64,000 nucleotides of DNA. It comes from Vicugna vicugna. Its lineage: Eukaryota. Within the stretch, counting starts at the first letter, position 1; each line of letters begins with the position of its first letter. The notes under the pieces are model-generated. The model saw only the letters and a program-made list of their open reading frames with translations, was not told where the DNA came from and searched no databases. A program made the translations under genes and the position numbers. Positions 50,541 through 64,000 of this stretch are shown here, one piece after another. Where the stretch lies: assembly GCA_013265495.1 (NCBI GenBank), contig MU061537.1, forward strand, positions 620,001 through 684,000. The letters run 5' to 3'.

Positions 50541-50819
50541 GAAGTATGCACGTGGATTATCTTGGGTGTTTTATAACCATATAAATGGTATGCTGCAAGT
50601 TTTCTTCTTCAACTTACTTATTGTGCCCAACATGTTGTCCATGTTGCTACAGGAGGCTCTAGTTTATTCATTTTTATTGCATTCCTGTGCAATAACATTT
50701 TTATGTATTAATATATTGTAATACATTTATCCACTCTTCTGTTGATACTCACTTAGGCTGTGTCCACTTTTCCATTATTGTTAACAATAATAAAATAATT
50801 TCTTAACCTAAAAAAAAAA

Positions 50820-51350
50820 ATGTCCATTGCCAGATGAATGGATAAAGAAGATGTGATGTGTGTGTGTGTATATAATGGGAGATAGATATATATATATAAT
50901 GGAATATTACCCAGCCATAAAAAAGAACAAAATACTGCTGTTTGCAGCAACATGGGTGGACCTAAAGATTATCATATCATGTGAAGTAAGCCAGAGAAAG
51001 ACAAGTATCATACAATATCACTTACATGTGAAATATAAAAAACTACAAATTTTATTTACAAACCAGAAATAGAATCATAGACATAGAAAACAAACTATGG
51101 TTACCAAAGAGGAAGGGAGGGGGGCAGGGATAAATTAGGAGTTTGGGATTAAGAGATACACATGACTATACATAAAATAGATAAACAGGGGACTACTGTA
51201 TCACACAGTAAACTATATTCAATTTCTTATAATAAGCTATAGTGGAAAACATCTGAAAAAAAGTATATATATAACTGAATCATTTTGCTGTACACCTGAA
51301 ACTAACATTGTAAATCAACTATACTTCAATAAAAAATAAAACTTAAAAAA
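50820..51350 (+). mobile_element. L1 3'UTR fragment
   Basis: GATGAATGGATAAAGAAGATGTG...CAACTATACTTCAATAAAA. Confidence 0.85.
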
Positions 51351-52606
51351 GTCCCTAATCAAATATCATACAGAATCATGGTATGCAACCTGAAACAACA
51401 ACATCAGCCCTGCACTTGCTAACAGATGTTCATCTTACAAGTGAACACAACTGATGTACACAATATAAATCATTTCACAAAATATATGCAGTACACAAGG
51501 GAAAAGGCCCCAAAGCTTCCTACATGACTTACAATTAAAAGTTCAAAAGTTCAGAAGACATTGTCATCTAGAAAATTTTTCATTTAAAATATTATTTTGT
51601 GAGGTATCAGAAAATCTGAAAAAGGTAGCCTGTGATCAAAACTGTTGGACTTGTAGCTTTGGGTGTACAGGGTATTGTTCCTACAGTAAACAAACAATCC
51701 ACTTTCTGTTTTATTCAGAAAACAGTTGTCAAACAATTTCTCCTGATTCTGATTCATAGAACAAATTAGTGCAAAGTCTAAATATAGTAAAATAGCAGCC
51801 AGTAAGCAAAACCTTTGAGAGGAAACAGGCAAATGTTATCGGACTGCTTTTTCCACAATGAAGCATGGAGGCCAGTAATCGGGAAGGTGCTCTCACAAGT
51901 TTCTAAATAAGGGCTGGAGTAAAAATCCCTTCTTTACTATTCAGATAATAATAAAAAACTATTTTTATCTTTCTGAGTAGTCTTGTTCAAATGGTTTATC
52001 TGAGCAATATTTTTATTGTTTCTATTAACTTGAACTTCTTACTTCAAATTCTAAATGCCATGATTTTTAATGTTAAGAACAAAGTATCAGGATTTTGTAA
52101 AAAAAAACCAGACTGTTACGTAAATGACTTAACTGCCAAGAATTTATTTCCCAATGCGTGATAATTCTCTTTCTTCATCAGAGAAAAAAAATGGATGACA
52201 CATCACTAAACATATTTTAAACCACATCCAGATCTTGCAGCTGAATGGAAAAAATGCTTTCCAGAGCTAAATGCAACCCATGCAGTTGACTACAACTCCT
52301 GCTCTCTCCCAAGTTGAAGCATTCAACTTTCGAGGTTGCCATATGCTCTTCTACTTAGGATCTGACTCTACCGAAAGCAGTCTCCAATTAGATGTGCCCC
52401 ATGATCCTAGATCTGTATTAGATCCAACTGTTCAGCTTATATTTTCAGTTTATATTTCGGTGATATTAAACAGTTACCATTACCACTATTAATTTTTAAA
52501 CTGTCACAGGTTTTTTGGTTACCTTAATTATTATGGTAAGTCAGTTTTTTTAATCGCTTAAAATGATGGTCTGCAGATTTATCCGTCTTATGTAGGCTCT
52601 CCAGAT

Positions 52607-52755
52607 AGAATTGCCAGATTTAGCAAACAAAAATGCAAATTGTCCTGTTTGAATTTCAGATAAACAACAAATAATATTTTAGTATAAGTATTCTCCCAAT
52701 ATTGCGTGTGACATTTATACTAAAAAATTACTCATCTTTTTATCTGGAAGCCCTA
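52607..52755. mobile_element. Palindromic hAT MITE (MER53-like)
   Basis: TAG..TTGCCAGAT / ATCTGG.A.CCCTA ends with internal TTTAGTATAA / TTATACTAAA inverted pair. Confidence 0.6.
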
Positions 52756-55700
52756 CTCTTGGAAGTTAAAATTTTAAGGAACACTGATCCAGGTTATTTT
52801 GGGGAGGAGAGACTAGAAGCAGAAGATCCACTTAGGTAAACAACTACTGCAGAAATCTAGGGGGGAAATTACAAGGACTTGACAGAGAGCAATGAAACTC
52901 GAAAGAATATGATTGCCATGAATACTGTTGTGACAGAACAACCAACAAGGCTTACCATGTAATTGCATATGGAATGAAAGGAAGCTGTGATGTCAAAGAA
53001 GGCTTCTGGATGATATCAGTAACAGAGACGGATGCTAACAGAAAGTTCAGATTTGCTCAGTTGAAGTTCAGTTGTTGGACTGGTTGGTGGGACAGCTGGG
53101 TGAAAATGCTTATTAAGCATATGGAACCACAGGGCATATGCCCAAAAGAAACGATGGGACCTAGACCTAAAATTGTACATCAACTGCAAGAAACTTGTGG
53201 TCGGAGGAATAACAGCACCAAAACTAACAAGGATAAGAAAAAGGACACAAAGAATGCCTCAAGAAATACCTGTTTCAGATTATGGAAGAAGGAAGAGGCA
53301 GCCTGGAAAGAGCAGGACAATGGAAGCCAAAAGAGCTTCAAGATAAAAGAGTTTGGGCAACAGCATCACATGTTCAGAGATGAGATGAACAAATCTAAGG
53401 AGAGTAGAGAGAGTAAAAACCACAGTTCATATGAGTAAGAAATGAATAGAAAGTGAGTAAATAGCACACATCACTATCTCAAGAAATGTGAAGAGAAAGT
53501 AATTGAGTGGTAGCTGGGGTGAGAGATTGGGTAGGGGTAGGAATAGAAAAATTTGTCAGTAGACTGAACTTGTGGAGAGGGGCAAATTAAAAATGCGATA
53601 AAATGTATGTGCTCAAGGAAACAAGCAAGACGGACGCTAGCAGGGACAAGGACATAGATTAGGGCTGTGTGTGGAAGTGTTACTCTCAGAAAAACCAAGA
53701 CAGCCTTTTACTGACAACGTGCAGACATTTTGAACTAGAAAGAGAAGCTGACAACTCATGCACAATGGCTTCAATTCTCAAAGAGAAATAATAGCTGAAA
53801 CTTCTACTGAGAATAAGAGGTAGAAATGGTGCTGAATGTAGCTGTACAACTGTAGGCAATTGGTTGGGAAGTGTTATGACTAAAAAGGTGTGAATACAAA
53901 TATTGTCAAATGCTCTGAGGGCCCAAAGTGAGAAGGCATGAATTTTCATCAAACTACAGAGCATTGTTAGTACTTTCTCTGCCAGTACTCAGAAGCCTGA
54001 AGAAAGAAGATAAACAGAGCAGTTTAACCAGAACTGGAGAAGTGATTGACAAATTAGATCAGTATCTTGGGGATGGAAGATTCTAGAGTGGCAGAAGCAC
54101 AATTTAAGAGTGTGTAGAAGGGGATGAGACTGGTCAAGGAAATAAGAGAAGCCAGAAAGAGGTTATCGGGCTGAAAAAGGAGGTTGAATTCTGGAAGCTG
54201 ATGTTGATAAAGAGCAGAATCAAAAGTGAGAGAGTGGGAGTGGCAGAGACTAGAAATTGGGAACAACACAAATCACAGTTGTAAGTAAAAATATATTTTA
54301 ATATATATATGCACATATATATTCTTCAAATCAATAATTAAAGATGAGTAGGACAATCAAAAGAAGGGAAAGGACAGGTATAGTAGGAAATTTACAAAAG
54401 ATGCACAAACAGTAGAAGTTCAACTACCATAGTATTTAGGGAAATGCAAGTTTTTAAAAAAAAGTAAGATATTATTTTTTGCTTATTAGCAGGATAAGTA
54501 TTTCAGAGATTGAAAGTAACCTGTATTGGTGACACTGTTAAAAAACTGGAATAAGGCATAAGCTGCTATAACCTTTTTAGTGTGTAATTTGCAATACCTA
54601 TTAAAATTCTAAATGTTCATATCCTGCAACCCAGCGTTTATATTTCTAGTATTTTGAGGAATTTATCCCACAAAACATTTCCACAAGTGACCAGAGAAAT
54701 ATGTCCGAGGGTATCCATTGCAATGTTAGTATAATAATAAGAAATTTGAAACAATCCAAATATCTACTAATAGAGAAAATGGACCATGGGATATGTATGT
54801 AATGGAATACCTGAGTCTTCAGCAACCATTAAAAAGAATGACGTTTGTCTATATGTGTTGAAATGGAAAGATATCCAAGATACACTGTTAAATGAAAAAG
54901 ATAAGTATTCTTTTGTAAATAATAATAAACTATGGTAAATATAGAAATTAAAGCTGGTGAAATCTACCAATCTATTAACAGTGTATCTCTGGAGAATGGA
55001 ATTAATAGGAGATTGCTGTCTTTTGGTAATGCATATCTGTAGTGTTTGTATGTGATATGACTTTATATTACATTTACAATTATAACAAAAATAGAAAGCT
55101 GTCACAATTTTGTTTTAAGGTCCATCACTGAATAAATGGTAGCTATTGCAATGAGCCCCAAAGTCTGGTTTTGTTTCAGACTTTAGTTTTTCCTACCCTT
55201 GAAAGAAAGAGCTACTACCCTTACCTTCCCTCAACTCTTTCACATAATTTGAGATGGTATGGTCAAGGGCAAGAGAAATTTGGAAACTAAAAATATTTTT
55301 AATTGCTATAATTAGTATTATTCAGGAAAATAAAAGTTCAAGGACTGGGACCATAACTCATTCTCCATCCTGTCCCCAGCATCTAGTACAGTGACTGACA
55401 CATAGTAGGCTCTCAATAAATATTTTTATGAAATAAAGAACATTGTTCAGGAGAGTTCCTTATTTAAGGTATGATAATAGTTTGAATTTTTATCTACTGG
55501 AAAAAAAAAAGAAATTTTGAATTGCTAATATGCACATGCTACAATATAAGCCAACCAATTCTCACCCTGAAGCCCTGGAGTGTGTCCCTCCAGAAATATT
55601 CTGTATAGTTATAAGCATACATACATACATACACACACGTCCTATAGAAGTTTTTCCATGAATCAAATAAAACCTTAGAGGAAATAGTAAATTTGGCATT

Positions 55701-55829
55701 TGAGGTATATGTATGTATATAATAACTAATGCTAAGTGAAATAGCTTTGACTTTTCCGATCCAGATGTTCTAAGTAAATTCTTCTCAAGGAAAAGGGAAG
55801 ATTGTAAAGCTTCACTGATCTTGTTGACA

Positions 55830-55990
55830 AGTAGTTCTCAAATTCGAGCATGCATCATAGTCCTCTAGAAGGCTGGTTAAAACCATACCTCCAGTGTTCC
55901 TGATTCATTAAGGCTGAAATGACGGTTCCAGAATTTGCATTTCTAACAATTTCTTGGGTGATGCTGCTAGTGCAGAGAATCATTGCACAG
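55830..55990. mobile_element. MER5A-like MITE
   Basis: GTAGTTCTCAAA...GCATCA...AGAATTTGCATTTCTAACAA...GGTGATGCTG. Confidence 0.65.
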
Positions 55991-58390
55991 ACCAAAAAAA
56001 GCTGGCTACTGACCCATGTCCTACCACCCATGTGATCCTACTTAGAAGGTATTACTTGAGCTATTAACCTTGGCTGCCCCAGCCCTGGCAGAGTTGTGGA
56101 AATATACTTCTACTGATCTAGGCTCCAATTTAATCTAGCGGGATCATTTTCTCACTCACTATGGGAGTGTCTGAAACTTGATCCTGTTTTAGTTGAACTA
56201 TTCATGAAGGTTCTGAGTTCAGTGCGGCAGTGGGGAAGGGAGAGAGTCACCAACCATGTTCCTTTTGTAAGAAGGGGCTGATGAAAAGAAGAGAGGCTGC
56301 CAAGAGAGATGTGCTTAAGTAGGAGCCCTGCCTACAGCCAGCCTTGGGTATCACTCTCAGAAGGTAAATAACTACCCATATTGCCTTCCTGGTAAAGTTT
56401 TTATGGAAATAATTCCAACAATAATTCTGAGTTTAATAACACCTTTCTATGAGCTTTGGGAACACTAGGGAAATGACTGAGGGAAGTGAAGAGCTTTTTT
56501 CTTAGAGCTTTTTTTTTGAAAAATGAAATTTTTATCTGAAAGGGGATGTCTTGGCATAGATTTGTTTTGAGGCAAATTTGGGGGACCTCTGTTTGTCCTA
56601 TTAGCTAGAGGGCTGTCTTTGATTTTAGGGATTATAGTAAGAAAGCTTCATGATTGTATTTCTTCACCATCATTTCTCCCTTCAGACAAAATTTACGGCA
56701 GGAAAAAAGCTGAGTCTTTTTAAGTTTGGGGGGTTTCTTGGTAAGGAAATATAGGGCACTACAGGTGGGAAAATTAAGTGACTTGGGAAGAGAACACAAG
56801 GAAAGGAAAAGGGGATTGATCTTTCTGGGAAGCGGTAAGAGAGGAACTGACATTGCTGCAGATTTGTAAATAACTGCTTGTTCTGTTTCCTACTTTAGCA
56901 GGACCACATTTTACATAAACCAATAGATTCATGCCCTACCTCCTTTTCCCTACTCTGGTCCTAAGCAGTGCTACTACTGATCTCAAACAAAACAGGAATC
57001 TTAAGAGCCACTAAAAAAAATTCTAGGGCAGGTCTCTTCTTTGGGAAACAGATCTTGAATTTACCATTTTATCTGTCATTGTTTCTGTCAAGAAGAGCTA
57101 TTTTATCTAAGAGGTTTCAGAATGGAAACTGAATATCCACATCTCCAATAACTTGTTGTAATTTTTTTCCCATTCTGTATCGAAAACCTTGTGCTCTTTT
57201 TCTTAAAGAGACGCCTCCAATGTGTATAAACTTCCGGCTCTATAAAAGCTGGATCGTATCCTTGCATATGAAAATAAGAGCCAAGAACACACATGTCATA
57301 CTTAGAAGCAAAATACCATCATCCTTTCTCTTTTCTCGCTTCGATAAGAATGTATTTTTAACGGAGAAAGAGGAAAAGATACCAGCCTAACAGGAGCAGA
57401 ATTAGCTTTTAGGAATTTAGCAGCTATGAGTGAGAAGGTTGAATAAGTAAATTAGAGACCTTCGATTCAAAGTTCAGGAATTTAAATTTAATTAGAGAAA
57501 GAGGAGAATCAAAGACAACTTGATGTTTTCCAGTTTCCAGATAGTGAAGGTTTTCCATTCCTCTGTAGCATACGAGGCTGTTTGTAAACCCCCCTCCCTG
57601 AAATTCCCTCATCTCTTCTAGTTTTCCTACTTGTAACAAATTCAAGCCCCAGAGTTGTCTTTATCACTTCCTCTCACATGTTTATTTAATTTCTAAAACA
57701 TGTCAAATCCTCCTTCACAACCTCACATCCATTCCTTCCTGTTTGTTACTCACACTGTCATCCCAGTTTATACCTTTGTTACCTCTTGTTGAGACTGCTA
57801 CAACTCCTCCTCATTGTTTTTCCACCCTGGGGTGTCTTTTATTTCTTGTCCCCAATTCCCTTTACATACGGTTGCTAGTTATCTTCCCAAAGTATGGCTT
57901 TGATTATTTACCTTCCTTCATTCAACAAGCATGAAATGTATGTGCACAAGGTGCCAGGCACTGTTATATACATAAATTCATTTATGTAGGTGTACTAGAC
58001 ACCTACCATGTGCCAGCCTTGCCCTAGGCACTGAAGCTATGCCATGAGGGGGACAGACACAGACCTAACGCATAGAGCTTACATCCCAGGTAGAGTCAGT
58101 GGGCTACACAGTAAGATATGGCCCCTGCTTTCAAGGCATTTATCTGCTCAAAATCCTTCCATTGTTCCCTTATGCCTGGAAGAATAAAATTCAAATTCTT
58201 TACCTTGACTTTCAAGGCTCATTATAGTCTTATCTCAAGCAATAAAAGTATAGTATCTTTTTTTTTTTAAATTGCTCCCACATTCTTGCAAATCGCTCTA
58301 AGGATACTGGCAGGCTTTTTTAACATCTCTACTGAAAATTATGTGATCAAATTATTTTTCTTTACTAGTGATAATTTATAGAAGAAAGTT

Positions 58391-58518
58391 CTTTTTTTTT
58401 TCTTTGTGGGGGGGTGTGATTTATTTTATTTATTTATTTATTTTTAGAGGACTTACTGGGGATCCAACCTTGTGCATGCTAAGCATGCACTCTACCACTT
58501 GAGCTATACCCTCCCCCC
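58391..58518 (-). mobile_element. vic-1-like SINE
   Basis: Poly(T)/(TTTA)n tail, GCATGCTAAGCATGCACTCTACCACTTGAGCTATACCCTCCCC. Confidence 0.8.
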
Positions 58519-59019
58519 AGAAATATCTTGATGAATAATCTTGAGTTTGCGTGGGTCTTGTATTCTGTATTCAGCATCATATCACTGTATTCAGCACCAC
58601 AGATCCAGAAAGTGACATCTAAGGTACATACAAATGGGTAAAAGACAGTGGCACAGTATTAAAACTGCAATGAAATTGCTTTTCTAATTACAATTCAGTT
58701 ATCAGCAAATACATATTGAATACCTAGTATGTGCTAGGATATATTTCCCGTTCAATTACAAAAATTCAAGAGAAGAGCATTGGCCCAGCTCAGGTGCCTA
58801 CCCTACATCACTGAACTGTGGCAGCCAGCATGGTGGGGCCATGTCAGAACATGGTAGCTCCCACAATAGCCATATAGATGCACTGAAGGAGAAGGGTGGG
58901 GCAGACGATTTCAGATGGGCCCACTACCTTCTGTGTTGGCATTTATCACTTTATACCTGTGTCATAGTTGTATAGATATGTCTTATCTCCCATATTGGAC
59001 TATAAGCTTCCGAAAGAAA

Positions 59020-60170
59020 GAATTAGGAGTTTGGGATTAATAGATATACATTACTATATGTGAAGTGGATAAGCAGTAGGGACCAACTGTATAGCACAGG
59101 AAACTACATTCAGTTTCTTGTAACGAGCTATAATGGAAAAGAACCTGGAAAAAAAAAATATATATGTGTGTGTAACTGAATCACTTTGCGTACAACTGAA
59201 ACTAACATTGTAAATCGACTACACTTCAATAAAAAATAAGAACTAAAAAAAAAATTGTCCATTCTTTTTCTGTGATCAACAATGCCCATTCTGCTATACA
59301 AGTTTCCCTAAATATGTGATTTCTTCTGGGCTTGCTAATCTGCTCAAATGGTCTATTATATATGCCTGCACATATACCCACTGTCAAAAACACTACAGCT
59401 CTGTAATAAACTGTCTTAACTGATATTGGAATTCTCCCCACTCTATTCTTTTTTTTTTTGGTTGTTTTTGAGAATGTCTTTTTAATTCTTGGGCCTGTGA
59501 GCTCCCATATACACTTAAGAAAATCTATTTGTCAGTATTCTTAAAAAACTCTAATGGGATTTTGGTGGAGTTGCATTGCATCTGAAGGTTAATTTGGGGA
59601 GAATTAACAACTTTACCATGTTCAATTCATAAATATGGCATATCTTTCCATTTGCTTAGGTGTTCTTTACTAACTTTCAGTAAAGTTTGATAATTTCTTC
59701 CAAACAGGTCCTGATCAACTTTCATTAGATTTATTTTTTATGCTATTATAAATGTCTTTTTAAATTACATTTTCTTATTGTTTGATGCTAGAATTTTAAA
59801 ATGCAATTGACTTGTGTACCTTATCCAGACACTTTGCTAAACTTCTTATTTCTCATATTTTCTGTAGACTCTTCTGTAGGCAATATCTGTGAATGATAAA
59901 CTTTTTGTTTCTTCTTTTTAAATCCTTATACCTTTTTTCTTTTTTTCTTTGTTTATCTGATTTTACTGCACTGGCTAGAACCTCCAGAATGATGTTGAAT
60001 GAAAGTGAAGCTGGTAAACATCTTTGTCTTGTTCCGGATTTTAAAAGGAAAATCTTTATAACTTTTGACCATTAAGTAGGATGTTTGCTATACATTTTTT
60101 GTTGATACCCTTTTTCAGTTAAAGGTGTTCCCTTGCATCCTTATTTTGCTAAGAATATTAATAAGAGTGT
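59020..60170. mobile_element. L1 3' end on + (59020-59253) followed by an old antisense L1 fragment
   Basis: AATTAGGAGTTTGGGATTAA...CAATAAAAA, then T-rich antisense L1 motifs. Confidence 0.7.
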
Positions 60171-60190
60171 TTTATATTAGTATTGAATTT

Positions 60191-61088
60191 TAGGTGAGTC
60201 TCTTATAAACAGCATATAGCTGGATTGGGGCCAAGACCAAAAAATAGATGTTTGTCACTTTTTGTCTCCTCAACCCAAAAACCTTTCTATTTGAGGGAAG
60301 TCTTCCTTTATGTGAGTCTGTGAGAGACAGAGCCTCATTTTCACTACAGAGCCTAGAGAAACCAAGTATCCCCACTTCCACCCCACGGTGGCTAAGGTGC
60401 TGGTGTGTGACTCCCCTCTGACCAGCTGGATGCTCCAGCCAGGACTAGAATATTGAGTGACACAAAGACGACACGATTTATAATTCAGGCATGGCAGAGG
60501 CAGCAGTATCCAATGATGGAGGCAGTAGTGTTCTGCAAGAGCAGTGTCCGGTGGTGGTGCAGTCCAGTGCTGACAGTGCCCAGCCAGACTTTTCCAGTGC
60601 TGACTTTGGCTGTGGTTCCCAATGCCTGGTCTCTTTGGATTTCTGCTTGTTTTATAAGACTAGTTCTCCTTCTGCTTGATTCTGGTAGCTACTTGATGTC
60701 TTTATAATAAATATCCTTCTGCTTAAGTAAAAGAAACTCCATTTCTACTGCTTGCAAACAAGAATCCTGACTAACATAAAGGTATTCTTTCTTCTTCTGG
60801 AGCTGGGGAGGAGGAGATAATATGAAGGGGGAATATGTGAGGTCTGGATTTGCTGGAGCCATTCTTTCTACCATAGGAAAGCCAGCTTGGGTGAAAAATC
60901 AACATACAAGAAAGGTGGATGTATAAAGGCAGAATCCTGATAATGCCTTGAATCTCTAAATCCAACCATAATTAAAGTTAGCCTTACACTGGACTTCAGC
61001 CTCATAAGTCAATAAATTCCATGTATTGTTTAATCTCACTTAAGTGGACTTTTCTGTCACTTGCAACCAAACACATCTTACCTGATAC
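60191..61088. mobile_element. MLT1-type LTR remnants
   Basis: ATAAAT..CCTTCTGCTTAAG...GCTTGCAA..AAGAATCCTGACTAA and AATAAATTCC...CACTTGCAACCAAA..CATC LTR ends. Confidence 0.55.
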
Positions 61089-62764
61089 CGTTCTATTCTG
61101 CCTTTGAAAAGGAATCTCTCACTTGATTCTGCAATAGGCTTTCAGCTGCTATTCTACTTCTTTCCTTCCTAGTTGAACTCACAAATGATTTAAAATCCTA
61201 GTGTCTTCATTTCCTCACTGTCTTTCCCTGCTTAATCCACTAAAGTCTGGATTTCCTTCTTTACCATTCTGCTGACACTATTTTCTTTTAGATCAACAAT
61301 GGTCTTCTCCTTTCTTAATTCAATGCCACATCCATTCATTCAACAAACAATTTTACATGCACACTTTAGCAAAGTATAGTGCTACATTCATTCATTGAAC
61401 AGATATTTATTGAACATCTAATATATTCCAGACTTTTAAGATAAAAAACAAATTATATAGGGTCCTTACTCTCATGTAGGATTACTATTTTATCAGAGAA
61501 GATAGACACTAAAATAATTATAATAAACTGTAGTGACAGTTACCAGATTATCTCCCTGGGAAATTAACATTTAACAAATGCCTGGAAGTTGAATATAGAA
61601 GGAGGGGAATAATACAGAGAGAATGTTAATAGAAAAGACTTGGAGGCAAAGGAGGATCATGCAAAACCCATGTGAGAAGTCCAGCCTTGCTAGGTCAAAT
61701 AGTACAAGGGAGAGAGTGGCAAGAAACAAATCATGGACAGCCTTCAACCCCATTAAGAAGTCTGACGACATTGGGAAGCTTCTGAAGGATTTTAATCAGA
61801 AGACTGGTCAATCTACGTTTATTAAAGATTGCTTTGTGGTTTGGAGGAGAATAAGAGTGTTTTCAGGAAGTCAGAGAGTATTTCCAGGACTCTGGCATTT
61901 GATGGCCTAGAGCACAGTGGTGGCCATAGGGATAAAGAAAAGGGAACTGATTCGAGAAATATTTTGGAAGTAGACCCCAAGGGATATTAACAGATACAGA
62001 GAGCGAGAAACCACTGAAATGTGGAACACAAAAATACTCGTGATCCTGCTCTGAAAGAGCACTGTAGAAAGGATAAAGCACATGAATCACATGATACATG
62101 TGTGAATGAGATTTATATCTTAAAGATGGTACAGATAGCCACTAATCTTTCCACATTTTCCAGCCATTAGGGAGCACCCCAGACTGGTTTGTATCTCATC
62201 CTAAGTCTTAGGACAACTTCCTTACATCTCTCTGCCGAGGAACAACTCTGCCCATTATGAACACAATTCTTGATATTGTTTCACAGAGCAGTTTTGCTCC
62301 TTGCCATCCCAACTAATTTTTATAAAACAATATTTTAGCTTTCTCTACGTGTAACCAAAAGACCCACTGAACCATTTTTCAAAACAAATCTATTGGCATT
62401 TTTTTCTTTCCAAGCTTGGATCAGGTTCAGGGTTCTTTCTTTCGTGATGTGCTTTTCATGGGTTCCTCAGAAATTCCCTCACTAGAGTTATCTAACTGCA
62501 GATCCCTCCAGATCAATGTTTCTCCTCTGGCTGGTCTTTACAATGCTGAATCCAAGTTCACCTCCAGCCATTTTCTGTTAAGGTAACTTCATTCTAGCAG
62601 AAAGCCCTCTTGGACTAGATTCTCTTTTATGTGACACCGCCCCCACAGAAGTCTTGTCCCTATCTGGGGTCCATACTGGGTCCTCAAAAAAAAATCCCCC
62701 TTGAGCAATTCAGTCTCAACTCTGACTTCTTCTCTGTTGCCACAGGCTGCTTCATCCAAACTCT

Positions 62765-62824
62765 TTCCTTCCTTCCTTCCTTCCTTCCTTCCTTCCTTCC
62801 TTTCTTTCTTTCCTTCTTTCTTTC
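62765..62824 (+). repeat. (TTCC)n/(TTTC)n microsatellite derived from an L1 tail
   Basis: Directly visible. Confidence 0.9.
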
Positions 62825-63690
62825 AAATTTTATTTTCTTACGGTAAGGACACTTAACATGGGATCTACTTTCTTAACAAATCTTTAAGTGTACAATACAT
62901 GACCACTGACTATACATACAAGGTCATACAGCAGGTCTCTAGAGCTTAATCACCTGGGTTCACTGACATTTTATTCCTGTTGATTAGTAACTCCGCATGA
63001 CTAACGACGTTGAGCACATTTTCATGTGCTGACTAGCCATTTGTGTATCTTCCTTAAAGACATGTCTATTCAGATCCTTTGCCCAGTTTTTAATTGGGTT
63101 GTCTAATTATTATTTAATTGTAAGAATACTTTAGGTACTCTAGATACAAGTCCCTTTTCAGATATAAGATTTGTGAACATTTTCTCCCATTCTGTGAGTT
63201 TTTCACTTTCTTGATAGTGTCCTTTGAAGCGAAAAAAAAAGTTTTAAATTTTGATTAAGTCCAATTTATCTAGTTTTTCTTTTGTTGCCTGTGCTTTTGA
63301 TGTCATATCTAAAAATCCTCTGCCAAAGCCAAAGTTATGAAGGTTTACTCCTTTGTGTTCTTCTAAGAGTTTTATAATTTTAGCTGTTACATTTAGGTCT
63401 TTGATCTATTTTGAGTTAATATTTATATACGGTGTGAAGTAAGGGTCCAACTTCATTCTTTTGCATATAACTATCCAGTTGTTTCCTTTACTCGTTGAAT
63501 GGTGTGGGCACTCTTCTCAAAAATCAGTTGACAATAGATAAATGAGTTTATTTCTGTACCTTCAACTCTATTCCATTGATCTATATGTTTATCCTCATGC
63601 CAATACCACACTGTCTTAATTACTGTGGCTTTATGGTGAGTTTTGAAATTGAGAAGAGGGAGTCTGCTGACTTTGTTCTTTTCGGTATTG
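62825..63690 (-). mobile_element. L1 (L1MA/MB-like) fragments
   Basis: ACACTTAACATG..ATCTAC 3' end and GTTGAGCACATTTTCATGTG / GGGTCCAACTTCATTCTTTTGCAT motifs. Confidence 0.85.
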
Positions 63691-64000
63691 TTTTGGTGGA
63701 TTAAGTTTTAATAACTGAAATTGATAACTTCTGGAACATACCTGATTTTTCAGTAAGAGATGAGACTGACGGCACAAACATAGTGATTAGAAAAAGTAAA
63801 ACAATTTTATGTTCATACCTAGTAAGTTAAGACTCCACAATAAATTAGTTACAGTAAGTACTCTTAGAATTTGAAAAAATATTAAAGAACAATTTGGACA
63901 TAAAACAGAATTGGGGAGTTCAAGATGAGTTTACCTGGATCTTAGAGAGCAAGAAAGCCACAGTTGATTTCTGAGTTATACACATTTGCTAACATTTTGC

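Noticed and set aside
52974..53438. 154-aa plus-strand ORF
   Set aside because: Lies in purine-rich, degenerate L2-like sequence; no recognisable protein.
55000..64000. Expected neighbouring gene (CTXND2/SETDB1 by recalled human synteny)
   Set aside because: No matching coding exon recognised; a non-coding first exon cannot be supported from sequence alone.

Overview
Mammalian genomic DNA, very probably from a camelid: it carries tRNA-Ala-derived vic-1-like SINEs and no Alu, Bov-A/BovB or PRE-1 elements. The window holds the ARNT (HIF-1beta) bHLH-PAS gene on the minus strand. I traced coding exons 1-21 by hand from the ATG at 48313 down to 508. They splice into one open frame of 2283 nt (761 codons); the last exon lies beyond position 1. 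A TATA-less CpG-island promoter (YY1, GC box, CCAAT, CRE) sits at about 48.0-48.8 kb, followed by about 15 kb of repeat-rich upstream DNA. Most notable non-routine observations: (i) an ungapped 244-bp, ~89%-identical inverted duplication bracketing exon 2 and fused to the 5' end of an L1; (ii) an L1 3' transduction with target-site duplication in intron 1; (iii) a ~1-kb 3'UTR-like insert with a junction palindrome in intron 13; (iv) a CpG-rich pair of hairpins with complementary loops in intron 21; (v) Met10->Ile; (vi) a GC-AG intron, tandem acceptors and a decoy/poison splice architecture around cassette exon 5. No prokaryotic-type system is present. Repeat family names come from remembered consensus sequences, and repeat boundaries are approximate.
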